A stretch of 64,000 nucleotides of DNA. Origin: Candidatus Nanopelagicales bacterium (lineage in GTDB: Bacteria > Actinomycetota > Actinomycetes > S36-B12). The notes under the pieces were generated by a model. That model searched no databases. It was not told where the DNA came from and saw only the letters and a program-made list of their open reading frames with translations. Both the position numbers and the translations under genes were made by a program. The stretch lies in assembly GCA_040399625.1 (NCBI GenBank), contig JBBARV010000001.1:187701-251700 (forward strand). The letters run 5' to 3'. Shown here in pieces: positions 47,447 through 55,554 of the stretch (its first letter is position 1; each line of letters starts with the position of its first letter).

Positions 47447-48930
47447 TGAGTGATATCCGAGTTCGATTTTGCCCGTCGCCTACCGGAAACCCACACGTTG
47501 GCATGATTCGAACGGCACTTTTCAATTGGGCATTTGCTCGGCACGTCGGTGGCACCTTCGTATTTCGTATTGAAGATACTGATGCAGCACGTGATTCACA
47601 GGATTCCTATCTTGCACTCATCGAAAGCATGCGCTGGCTTGGATTGGAATGGGATGAAGGCCCCGAAGTAGGCGGTCCGCACGGCCCTTACCGCCAATCT
47701 GAGCGGATGGGAATGTATGCAGAGGTCGTTGAAAAACTTCTCGAGGCTGGATTTGCCTACCGTTGCTATTGCAGTGCCACGGAACTGGAAGCAAAGCGTG
47801 AACTTGCCACCGCTGAGAAGAGAACCCCCGGCTATGACGGTTCTTGTCGCGAATTGAGTGAAGAGCAGATAGCCGCTTTCGTCTCCCAAGGCCGTGAACC
47901 CGTTATCCGTTACCGGATGCCTGGAACTGATTTCACCTGGAATGACCTCATCCGGGGTGAAGTGACTTTCCAGGCCGAACACGTCCCTGACTTCGTCTTG
48001 GTCCGAGCAAATGGTGATCCGCTCTACACCTTGGTCAATCCGGTGGACGACGCAATGATGAACATCACCCACGTATTACGCGGTGAAGATCTGTTGTCAT
48101 CGACACCACGGCAACTTGCGCTTTTCCAGGGACTCACCGCGATTGGGGTAGCACAGTGCACTCCGGATTACGGACACTTGCCGTATGTTATGGGCGAGGG
48201 TAATAAGAAATTATCCAAGCGTGATCCCGAATCCTCACTTGCCATGTACCGGTCAAAAGGCTATTTGCCTGAGGCGCTACTCAATTACTTAGCACTTCTG
48301 GGATGGTCCATGGGTAATGACATCGAATTCTTTTCGCCAATGGAATTAACGGAGGCTTTCACCCTCGAACGGGTCAACCCCAACCCGGCACGCTTTGATC
48401 TGAAAAAATGCACATCCATTAACGGTGATTGGATTCGTCACATATCTGAGTCTGATTTATGTGATCGGCTCGTCTCCTTCATGGAGTCTGCAGGGGTAAC
48501 GTCAACTCCCATCACGGTCGAGGAGCGGACGCTGTTAGCCCGAGTGGTTCCGTTGATTCAAGAACGATTGGACACACTTGATGCTGCTCCGGAACTGGTT
48601 GAGTTCCTTTTCATTCCAGCGGTGAAACTGATTATTGAACCAGGCCTGTGGACCGGTGAGTCCGCTCAGGTTCTCGAAACAGCCGGGAGCGTCTTAGCCG
48701 AGGTGCACGACTGGAATGCAGAGGCTATTCAGGCCGCCTTGCGTGAAGCTCTCGTTGAGGGGTTAGGCCTCAAGCCTAAATTGGCGTTCGGGCCGGTTCG
48801 AACCGCGATTTGTGGACGTAAAATATCCCCACCGCTATTTGAATCGATGGAAATACTCGGTAGGCAAGAGTCGCTTTTGAGAATCGGGAACGGGCGTGAG
48901 CATGCCTTGGCCCGACCTTTGAGCGATTGA
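47446..48930 (+). CDS. gltX: Glutamate--tRNA ligase
   Basis: RVRFCPSPTGNPHVG (HIGH-type), FVFRIEDTD, and KLSKR (KMSKS-type). TAATG junction with the upstream gene. Confidence 0.95.
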   Translation: MSDIRVRFCPSPTGNPHVGMIRTALFNWAFARHVGGTFVFRIEDTDAARDSQDSYLALIESMRWLGLEWDEGPEVGGPHGPYRQSERMGMYAEVVEKLLEAGFAYRCYCSATELEAKRELATAEKRTPGYDGSCRELSEEQIAAFVSQGREPVIRYRMPGTDFTWNDLIRGEVTFQAEHVPDFVLVRANGDPLYTLVNPVDDAMMNITHVLRGEDLLSSTPRQLALFQGLTAIGVAQCTPDYGHLPYVMGEGNKKLSKRDPESSLAMYRSKGYLPEALLNYLALLGWSMGNDIEFFSPMELTEAFTLERVNPNPARFDLKKCTSINGDWIRHISESDLCDRLVSFMESAGVTSTPITVEERTLLARVVPLIQERLDTLDAAPELVEFLFIPAVKLIIEPGLWTGESAQVLETAGSVLAEVHDWNAEAIQAALREALVEGLGLKPKLAFGPVRTAICGRKISPPLFESMEILGRQESLLRIGNGREHALARPLSD

Positions 48931-48963
48931 TTTTTCCCCGGCGATAGACTATCGCGGCACCCT

Positions 48964-49035
48964 TGGGGTATGGGGTAATTGGCAGCCCAACTGATTCTGA
49001 TTCAGTTAGTCTAGGTTCGAGTCCTGGTACCCCAG
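48964..49035 (+). tRNA. tRNA-Gln (anticodon CTG)
   Basis: Hand-folded 72-nt cloverleaf. Acceptor TGGGGTA/TACCCCA; D stem GGGT/GCCC; anticodon stem ACTGA/TCAGT with loop TTCTGAT; T arm CTAGG-TTCGAGT-CCTGG. CCA is not encoded. Confidence 0.9.
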
Positions 49036-49063
49036 CGAATCGTGTACTTCTGCGATTTTTCAC

Positions 49064-49136
49064 GGCCCCGTTGTGTAGTGGCCTAGCACGCCGCCCTCTC
49101 AAGGCGGTAGCGCGGGTTCGAATCCCGTCGGGGCTA
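49064..49136 (+). tRNA. tRNA-Glu (anticodon CTC)
   Basis: Hand-folded 73-nt cloverleaf. Acceptor GGCCCCG/CGGGGCT; D stem GTGT/GCAC; anticodon stem CCGCC/GGCGG with loop CTCTCAA; T arm GCGGG-TTCGAAT-CCCGT. CCA is not encoded. Confidence 0.9.
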
Positions 49137-49140
49137 CAAC

Positions 49141-49170
49141 GGTGGGGGAGTTCAACTGGACTCCTCCACC
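49141..49170 (+). other. Stem-loop immediately 3' of tRNA-Glu, upstream of leuC
   Basis: GGTGGGGGAG (49141-50) pairs with CTCCTCCACC (49161-70) as 9 Watson-Crick pairs plus one G-U. The loop is 10 nt and there is no U-tract. Confidence 0.4.
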
Positions 49171-49205
49171 CTGAGTGAATAGATAAACAAGGATGGGAGC
49201 TCGAC

Positions 49206-50612
49206 ATGGGTCGCACGTTGGCAGAAAAAGTCTGGTCGGACCATATTGTCCATGAAGGTGATGGACTACCGGACCTGTTGTATATCGACATGCATCTCGT
49301 CCATGAAGTAACCAGTCCGCAGGCATTTGACGGATTGCGGGCAACTGGGCGCCCCTTGCGTCGACCAGATCTGACGGTGGCGACCGAAGATCACAATATC
49401 CCCACGGTAGATGTTGACAAGCCAATTGCAGACCCTGTTTCGCGCATTCAGGTGGAAACCTTGCGCAAAAACTGTGAAGAATTTGGCGTCACACTTTTCC
49501 CGCTCGGTGATGTTGAACAAGGAATTGTGCACGTTGTCGGCCCTCAGATGGGACTTACCCAACCTGGCATGACGATTGTGTGTGGGGACTCGCACACGAG
49601 TACTCACGGCGCATTCGGCGCTCTAGCATTTGGGATTGGTACCAGCGAAGTTGAGCATGTATTGGCCACACAAACGTTGCCGCTCAAGCCATTTAAAACC
49701 ATGGCCATCAACGTTGAGGGGCAATTACCTATCGGTGTGAGTGCGAAAGACCTCATCCTCGCCGTGATTGCCCAAATCGGCACCGGTGGTGGTCAAGGTT
49801 ACGTGTTGGAGTACCGGGGCGAAGCGATCAAAGGGCTCTCAATGGAAGGCCGCATGACAATCTGCAATATGTCAATTGAAGCGGGTGCTCGTGCCGGCAT
49901 GATCGCCCCTGATTCAACGACTTTTGAATACATCGAGGGAAAACCGCATGCACCGAAAGGGGCAGACTGGATTGCGGCCCTCGCTTACTGGGAAACTCTC
50001 GTCACAGATGAAGACGCGAAATTCGACAAAGAAATCACGATCGATGCAGCCTCTTTGCGTCCCTTCGTGACGTGGGGGACAAACCCGGGACAAGGTTTGC
50101 CACTGGACCAGTTGGTTCCCGACCCAGAGTCATTCGCTGATCCCGTCGAGCGGGAAGCGGTGGAAAATGCCCTTGCCTACATGGACCTACGCCCGGGTCA
50201 ACCACTGAAGGAAATCGCGGTTGACACAGTTTTCCTTGGGTCTTGCACGAATGGTCGAATTGAAGATCTTCGGGCTGCCGCGGGTGTGATTAAAAATCGG
50301 AGGGTGGCGGAGGGTGTTCGACTCCTTGTTGTCCCAGGATCAACGCGGGTGCGGATCGAAGCCGAGGCTGAGGGTCTGGATCAAATATTTCTGAACGCAG
50401 GAGCTGAGTGGCGCGGGGCCGGTTGCTCAATGTGTCTCGCGATGAACCCAGACAAGTTAACACCTGGCGAGCGAAGCGCTTCAACGTCCAACCGTAACTT
50501 TGAAGGGCGTCAGGGACCTGGCGGTCGAACACACTTAGTTTCTCCAGAGGTTGCGGCTGCGACTGCTGTCCGAGGCACTCTCAGCGACCCAACAGATTTA
50601 GTGGAGGTCTGA
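49206..50612 (+). CDS. leuC: 3-isopropylmalate dehydratase large subunit
   Basis: [48 protein letters not shown] and the Fe-S cysteines GSCTNGR / CSMCLAMN. Confidence 0.95.
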   Translation: MGRTLAEKVWSDHIVHEGDGLPDLLYIDMHLVHEVTSPQAFDGLRATGRPLRRPDLTVATEDHNIPTVDVDKPIADPVSRIQVETLRKNCEEFGVTLFPLGDVEQGIVHVVGPQMGLTQPGMTIVCGDSHTSTHGAFGALAFGIGTSEVEHVLATQTLPLKPFKTMAINVEGQLPIGVSAKDLILAVIAQIGTGGGQGYVLEYRGEAIKGLSMEGRMTICNMSIEAGARAGMIAPDSTTFEYIEGKPHAPKGADWIAALAYWETLVTDEDAKFDKEITIDAASLRPFVTWGTNPGQGLPLDQLVPDPESFADPVEREAVENALAYMDLRPGQPLKEIAVDTVFLGSCTNGRIEDLRAAAGVIKNRRVAEGVRLLVVPGSTRVRIEAEAEGLDQIFLNAGAEWRGAGCSMCLAMNPDKLTPGERSASTSNRNFEGRQGPGGRTHLVSPEVAAATAVRGTLSDPTDLVEV

Positions 50613-50614
50613 AC

Positions 50615-51202
50615 ATGGAGGCATTTACCGTTCACACGGGCACTGCAGCACCATTACATCGAAGCAATGTCGACACTGACCAAATCATCCCCGCTGAGTA
50701 CCTGAAGCGAATTACCCGACATGGCTTTGAAGACGCCCTATTTGCCAGTTGGCGTAAGGACCCAGAGTTCGTGCTCAACCTTGCGCAATACCAAGGGGTA
50801 TCGATCCTGATTGCCGGCCCTGATTTTGGCACTGGATCCTCGCGTGAGCACGCGGTCTGGGCATTGCAGGATTTTGGATTCAAAGTGATCCTTAGCTCAC
50901 GTTTCGCTGATATTTTCCGGGGAAACTCGGGTAAAGGGGGGTTGCTCACCGCGGTGATTTCACAAGATGCCATTGAAAAATTGTGGGAGATCAGTGAAGT
51001 TAGTCCGTCAACGTTCATAACGGTGGATTTACAGGAACGAAGTGTTATCGCTGGAGATTTCAGGTGTGATTTCGAAGTCGATGATTACGTTCGCTGGCGT
51101 CTTTTGGAAGGCCTCGACGACATTGGAATAACACTCGAGAATGCTGATGCAATTGGTCAGTTTGAAAATAACCGACCTTCCTTCAAGCCGACCCTCAACT
51201 AA
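50615..51202 (+). CDS. leuD: 3-isopropylmalate dehydratase small subunit
   Basis: [17 protein letters not shown] and [17 protein letters not shown]. Confidence 0.95.
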   Translation: MEAFTVHTGTAAPLHRSNVDTDQIIPAEYLKRITRHGFEDALFASWRKDPEFVLNLAQYQGVSILIAGPDFGTGSSREHAVWALQDFGFKVILSSRFADIFRGNSGKGGLLTAVISQDAIEKLWEISEVSPSTFITVDLQERSVIAGDFRCDFEVDDYVRWRLLEGLDDIGITLENADAIGQFENNRPSFKPTLN

Positions 51203-51373
51203 TATTCTAAAAATAAGAATGTCACAAGGTCACAAATTACCTAACGGTTGAAAGCAAAAGATGTTGCATGCCAACACCTTTCGGCGTGGCTAATCCGAAA
51301 TTTGAAGAATTCCCAGTTACATTTAGGTGTTGGTCACAAGATCAACCTAAGCACCCTCCGGAGGGGTTAAATC

Positions 51374-51775
51374 GTGAACAAAGCAGAACTCATTGATGCA
51401 GTAGCGGGTCGCGGCGACGTTAGCAAGCGTGAAGTCACCGAAATCGTTGATGCATTCATCGAAGAAATCAAGATGTCCGTTGTTCGTGGCGAAAAAGTTG
51501 CCATCAGTGGATTTGGGATCTTCGAAGCCCAAGCTCGTCAAGCCCGCCTTGGCCGTAACCCTCGTACGGGAGAAACAGTAAAAATCAAGGCAACGAAGCT
51601 TCCTAAATTCCGTCCCGGTGCAGAATTCAAAGCCGTTGTGTCCGGTGCAAAGAAAATCGCATCTTCGGCTCCTAAAAAAGCTGCAGCAAAGAAAGCAGCC
51701 CCCAAGAAGGCTGTAGCAAAGAAAGCAGCCCCAAAGAAGGCTGCAGCAAAGAAGGCTCCTGCTCGTCGTAAGTAG
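51374..51775 (+). CDS. hupB: Nucleoid protein HU with a Lys/Ala/Pro-rich C-terminal tail (HupB/Hlp type)
   Basis: MNKAELIDAV...GFGIFEAQARQARLGRNPRTGETVKIKATKLPKFRPG, followed by AAKKAAPKKA repeats. GGAGGGG lies upstream of the GTG start. Confidence 0.9.
   Translation: MNKAELIDAVAGRGDVSKREVTEIVDAFIEEIKMSVVRGEKVAISGFGIFEAQARQARLGRNPRTGETVKIKATKLPKFRPGAEFKAVVSGAKKIASSAPKKAAAKKAAPKKAVAKKAAPKKAAAKKAPARRK
51680..51757 (+). repeat. About 2.6 copies of a 30-bp tandem repeat encoding the AAKKAAPKKA units of the HU tail
   Basis: Unit 1 (51680-51709, GCTGCAGCAAAGAAAGCAGCCCCCAAGAAG) and unit 2 (51710-51739) differ at 2 of 30 positions. A partial third unit starts at 51740. Confidence 0.7.
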
Positions 51776-51786
51776 TTTTTTATCAG

Positions 51787-51829
51787 GTAGGTGGTTGCAC
51801 CCCGTTGGGTGCGGCCACCTACTTTTTTT
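51787..51829 (+). terminator. Rho-independent terminator of hupB
   Basis: A 16-bp stem pairs GTAGGTGGTTGCACCC with GGGTGCGGCCACCTAC (two G-U pairs). The loop is CGTT and it is followed by TTTTTTT (51823-29). Confidence 0.85.
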
Positions 51830-51857
51830 GCCTAAATTCCCAGTGAAACTTGATCAC

Positions 51858-52643
51858 TTAAAGCGAGATTCGTTTGTTCTCGGTGTCGATGCGGACCCTT
51901 TGCCCAATTCTCGGGGCGATTAACCCAGAGACAACGTAGTCAGGGTATGAGAATTGAAGACCTAATTCATTGACTGCTGTGATTGGCTTGATCCCAGATA
52001 TCGTTGCACTAAACACCTTTGGTGTATTCAACACTTGCAAAGTCTGTGGCCCTACCCCAATGCGAATGGCATCCCAAAGGTCTGTGGAAGTGTCAACGTC
52101 TCGGTGGGCGCCAGCAGAACATTGAATTTCGACTGCTCCATGCTTTCGGTGCTCCGCGCGGGATCGGGCCCCGAACCGCGGTTTTGCGGTGGATCCCGGC
52201 AGGCGAGCCCACATTGTGCTTCCCGTTCCGGCCGAGTCGCAGGTGAATGAACTGTCGTGGTGGGCAGCTTGCGCTAGGAATTGGTCGACATCCTGCGTGC
52301 TCAGGCAGGGTAGGTCGCCCAAAACAATGAGAACACCCGTGTGCGGGGAGACGTTGTCTAATCCAAGATCTAGGGCATCGAGAAGTCCCGTTGAAGTACT
52401 CTCCAGCAGGACACCGCCACCCATATTTTCAACGAGGGATGCAACTTCCTGATCGGGGGTGATTACGGTGAGTTGAGCAACACGGGAAGAACCGATGAGC
52501 GCCCCAACTGTGTCAGCCAAAAAAGGGCCAGCCAAGTCATTTCGTCCTAACCGAGACTTTGAGTTGTTCAGTGCCTTGGCGGGAATGAGAGCGTGCCACT
52601 TAACTTCACGGGCTACAGACTGATCCAACATGTACCCATTCAA
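51858..52643 (-). CDS. FbiD/CofC-like nucleotidyltransferase (phosphoenolpyruvate/2-phospho-L-lactate guanylyltransferase family) with an extra C-terminal ~50 aa
   Basis: HALIPAKALNNSKSRL, LTVITPD, VLGDLPCL, DSAGTGSTMW, PRFGARSRAEHRKHGAVE and HRDVDTSTDLWDA parallel Rv2983 (FbiD) as I recall it, and the gene has the same neighbours (hupB, gpsA, ddl). The likely start is ATG 52631. Confidence 0.65.
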   Translation of the reverse strand: MNGYMLDQSVAREVKWHALIPAKALNNSKSRLGRNDLAGPFLADTVGALIGSSRVAQLTVITPDQEVASLVENMGGGVLLESTSTGLLDALDLGLDNVSPHTGVLIVLGDLPCLSTQDVDQFLAQAAHHDSSFTCDSAGTGSTMWARLPGSTAKPRFGARSRAEHRKHGAVEIQCSAGAHRDVDTSTDLWDAIRIGVGPQTLQVLNTPKVFSATISGIKPITAVNELGLQFSYPDYVVSGLIAPRIGQRVRIDTENKRISL

Positions 52644-53406
52644 CCGGGTCGACAGGTACGCTGTTGAGGTGGTTGGGCATACGACAAGGCGATCAAAAAT
52701 CGGTCTTGGTTTTCGGATTGCAGTTTTTTTCGGTCTACCGTTCCTTGTGATCTTTACAAAATGGAATTGGCGAGGTTTTGAGCAACTTGTACAGCATGAC
52801 GGTGGGATTATCGTTGCAACAAATCACACCTCTTGGTTTGATCCGCTGGCCGTTGCCCACCCACTATGGGCACATGATCGACCGCCTCGTTTTCTGGGCA
52901 AAGAATCCGTCTTTAGGGTGCCCATTTTCGGCTGGATAATTTCAAGTGCAGGGCAAATCCGGGTTTATCGTGAATCAAGTGAAGCCGTGTTTGCATTGCG
53001 CGATGCGGTTGTTGCCGCAACCTCGGGTGAATGTGTGGTCGTTTACCCCGAGGGCACCATCACCCGTGATCCGGATTTGTGGCCGATGCAGGGAAAAACT
53101 GGGGCGGTTCGTATCGCCTTAGAATCTGGTTGCCCCTTATTTCCGATGGTGCAGTGGGGCTCTCAGAATGTAATCGGACCGTATAAAAAGCAGTTTCGAC
53201 TTTTACCTCGTAAAACAATGTATGTATGGCTCGGTGAACCAATTGATCTCGATCGTTATCGAGACAAAGAATGGACGCCCGAGTTGCTCCATGAGGCGAC
53301 AGATCAGCTGCTGTTCACCATTGCTCGGATGGAAGGTGAGATCAGAGGAGAGACTCCACCCTCGGTGCTCTATCGTCACACAGTGGAACATAGGAGTGAG
53401 CAATGA
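52630..53406 (+). CDS. plsC: 1-acyl-sn-glycerol-3-phosphate acyltransferase
   Basis: HX4D motif NHTSWFDP, with an EGTITRD motif and an N-terminal TM segment. Confidence 0.85.
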   Translation: MYPFNRVDRYAVEVVGHTTRRSKIGLGFRIAVFFGLPFLVIFTKWNWRGFEQLVQHDGGIIVATNHTSWFDPLAVAHPLWAHDRPPRFLGKESVFRVPIFGWIISSAGQIRVYRESSEAVFALRDAVVAATSGECVVVYPEGTITRDPDLWPMQGKTGAVRIALESGCPLFPMVQWGSQNVIGPYKKQFRLLPRKTMYVWLGEPIDLDRYRDKEWTPELLHEATDQLLFTIARMEGEIRGETPPSVLYRHTVEHRSEQ

Positions 53407-54401
53407 CGAAAGTTGCCATGATGGGCGGCGGATCGTGGGGAACAGCCTTCGCTGCAGTAGTGGCTGATGCTGGGTCACCGGTGACACTGTGGACCCGGAG
53501 TGAGGAAATTGCTTTCGATATCAATGTTTCTCACCGAAATAGTCGGTACCACCCAGACGTTGATCTACCCGTGTCGATCGTGGCAACAACTGATCCCCGG
53601 ATTGCACTCGAGGGTGCTGAGATCGTGGTCTTAGCCGTGCCGGCTCAGTCTCTGCGAGGGAATTTAATTGAGTGGGCGAAGTGGATTGCCCCTGATGCAT
53701 TTTTCGTCAGCCTTATGAAGGGGATTGAGCTGGGAACATTAATGCGCATGAGTGAGGTAATCTTCGAGACTACGGGGGCTAATCCTGACCGTATTTCGGT
53801 GGTGTCCGGGCCAAACCTCGCTCGGGAAATTATTGCGCGACAACCGACGGCAACAACCGTGGCAGCGCCTACCGAGGCAGGTGCAATCGTGATCCAGAGA
53901 GCGTGCACCACAGACTATTTCCGTCCTTATTGGTCAACGGACGTGATCGGCACCGAGATCGGTGGAGCCGTGAAAAACGTGATCGCCTTGGCGAATGGAA
54001 TCGCGGTCGGCATGGGTTTGGGTGAAAACTCCCAATCGTCTTTGATCACTCGTGGATTAGCCGAAATTGGCAGACTGGGTGTTGCACTCGGTGCCGACCC
54101 GCTGACATTCCAAGGACTCGCGGGCGTCGGTGACTTGGTGGCCACCAGTCAATCCCCGCTTTCGCGCAATCGGACCTTCGGTGAGAATCTTGGTAAAGGC
54201 CTCACCGTCGATCAAACAATTGCAATCACGAATCAAACGTGTGAGGCCTATAAGAGTTGTCAGCCGATCTTGGAGTTAGCGCAGAATTTGGGTGTAGAGA
54301 TGCCGATAACCTACGAAGTGGTAAAGGTTTTACACCATGGAAAGCCACCCCGAGAATTATTGAGATCCTTTATGGCACGCGACACCAAATCCGAGATCTA
54401 A
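53403..54401 (+). CDS. gpsA: NAD(P)H-dependent glycerol-3-phosphate dehydrogenase
   Basis: VAMMGGGSWGTAFA, MKGIE, SGPNLAREI, GGAVKNVIA and GVGDLVATSQSPLSRNR. Confidence 0.95.
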   Translation: MTKVAMMGGGSWGTAFAAVVADAGSPVTLWTRSEEIAFDINVSHRNSRYHPDVDLPVSIVATTDPRIALEGAEIVVLAVPAQSLRGNLIEWAKWIAPDAFFVSLMKGIELGTLMRMSEVIFETTGANPDRISVVSGPNLAREIIARQPTATTVAAPTEAGAIVIQRACTTDYFRPYWSTDVIGTEIGGAVKNVIALANGIAVGMGLGENSQSSLITRGLAEIGRLGVALGADPLTFQGLAGVGDLVATSQSPLSRNRTFGENLGKGLTVDQTIAITNQTCEAYKSCQPILELAQNLGVEMPITYEVVKVLHHGKPPRELLRSFMARDTKSEI

Positions 54402-54405
54402 TTCT

Positions 54406-55467
54406 TTATCCGTTCAAAAGTGCCTGATTCAAGTCGGCCCAAAGATCGTTTGGGTGTTCAATCCCGAATGAAAGTCGAATGAGGTTTTCCGGGACACTGT
54501 CGCTTTCACGTGGCCATCTGCGCCTACGTTCAAGGAGTGATTCCACCCCACCCAAGCTGGTTGCATAAGTCCACAGTTTGGTTGATTCACACACCAGATC
54601 TGCACTTCCTGAAACTTCGATCGCTGCCATTGTGCCCCAGCCGGGGTACCTCAACCGTAAAACATTTGGGTGAGCTTCCAAATGTGAAGCAAGTGCAATG
54701 GCGTTGCTCTCTGATTTTTCATATCGGATAAATAGAGTTCTCAATCCGCGCAATGCAAGGTAACAATCAAATGCACTCGGCATAGCGCCGAGCAACACGC
54801 GTCGGTCGTGCAGTTGTTCCCAATTTGCGTGATCCCGGGCAACGACCGCGCCCATCAGAAGATCGGAGTGACCGCTGAGGATTTTGGTGACACTGTGCAA
54901 AACGAAATCTGCTCCCATTGTGAGAGGGTTCTGGCGCACTGGGCTGGCAAATGTGTTGTCCACAATTGACGTGACACCATGATCGCGGGCGTGGCTAAGC
55001 AATATTTCAAGTTCGGCCACTTCAAGCAACGGATTAGTGGGGGATTCAAGCCACAGGACTTGCGACTTTGACATCAGGTCAATGATCAGCTGTGTTTGGG
55101 TGACATCACATGTAGTCAGTTCGATCTGCCCACGAACATGAAGTTCCCGCAATCGCACGGCAACCCCCGTGTATGCGGTTGTGGGGGCGATAACTTTTGC
55201 CCCCATAGGCCACAGGTCCATCAATGCATTGGCCGCAGCCATGCCGGAGGAAAAAACAATTGCATGGCCATTTTCTAATCCTCCGAGGGCTTCTTCTAAG
55301 GCCGAAGCACTTGGGTTTGCCTCGCGCCCATATTCAATTGCTCCACCCGCGTGAAAAGTTGAGGCAGGAACTATCGGCGCATTAAGCGGGTTATCGGGTA
55401 CCACGGGTGGTCGACCTGAGCGCACCACCCACGTACTGGGATCCATATCCGTGTAATCCATGGGCAT
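54406..55467 (-). CDS. Cys/Met-metabolism PLP-dependent enzyme (cystathionine gamma-synthase/lyase family)
   Basis: FSSGMAAA, VDNTFASP and the PLP-lysine motif HSVTKILSGHSDLLMG. At 353 aa it is somewhat short for the family. Confidence 0.8.
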   Translation of the reverse strand: MPMDYTDMDPSTWVVRSGRPPVVPDNPLNAPIVPASTFHAGGAIEYGREANPSASALEEALGGLENGHAIVFSSGMAAANALMDLWPMGAKVIAPTTAYTGVAVRLRELHVRGQIELTTCDVTQTQLIIDLMSKSQVLWLESPTNPLLEVAELEILLSHARDHGVTSIVDNTFASPVRQNPLTMGADFVLHSVTKILSGHSDLLMGAVVARDHANWEQLHDRRVLLGAMPSAFDCYLALRGLRTLFIRYEKSESNAIALASHLEAHPNVLRLRYPGWGTMAAIEVSGSADLVCESTKLWTYATSLGGVESLLERRRRWPRESDSVPENLIRLSFGIEHPNDLWADLNQALLNG

Positions 55468-55554
55468 ACCTTAATAGCCAACCATCTGGATCTGAGTTGC
55501 ATTGCCCCGGAGAGCTTCTACATCAAGGGAAGCCATGCCGGGTACGGTGAGGAC

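Noticed and set aside
48776-49291. Track ORFs 48776-49291 (-), 48963-49178 (+) and 49099-49425 (-), which span the gltX-leuC spacer.
   Set aside because: They run straight through two well-folded tRNA genes and into the gltX and leuC coding regions, so they are artefacts of stop-free sequence.
51203-51373. AT-rich hupB upstream region with repeated GTCACAA/GGTCACAA words (about 51219-51234 and 51334-51342) and an ATTCT...AGAAT inverted repeat after leuD.
   Set aside because: This is plausibly just promoter and UP-element DNA plus a weak leuD terminator. The repeats are short, and I cannot assign a regulator or a confident -35/-10 by eye.
55468-55554. Possible SAM or other riboswitch upstream of the trans-sulfuration-family gene.
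   Set aside because: Only 87 bp is shared with the divergent ddl promoter. That is too short for the known SAM-I or SAM-IV architectures, and no conserved riboswitch core motifs were seen.
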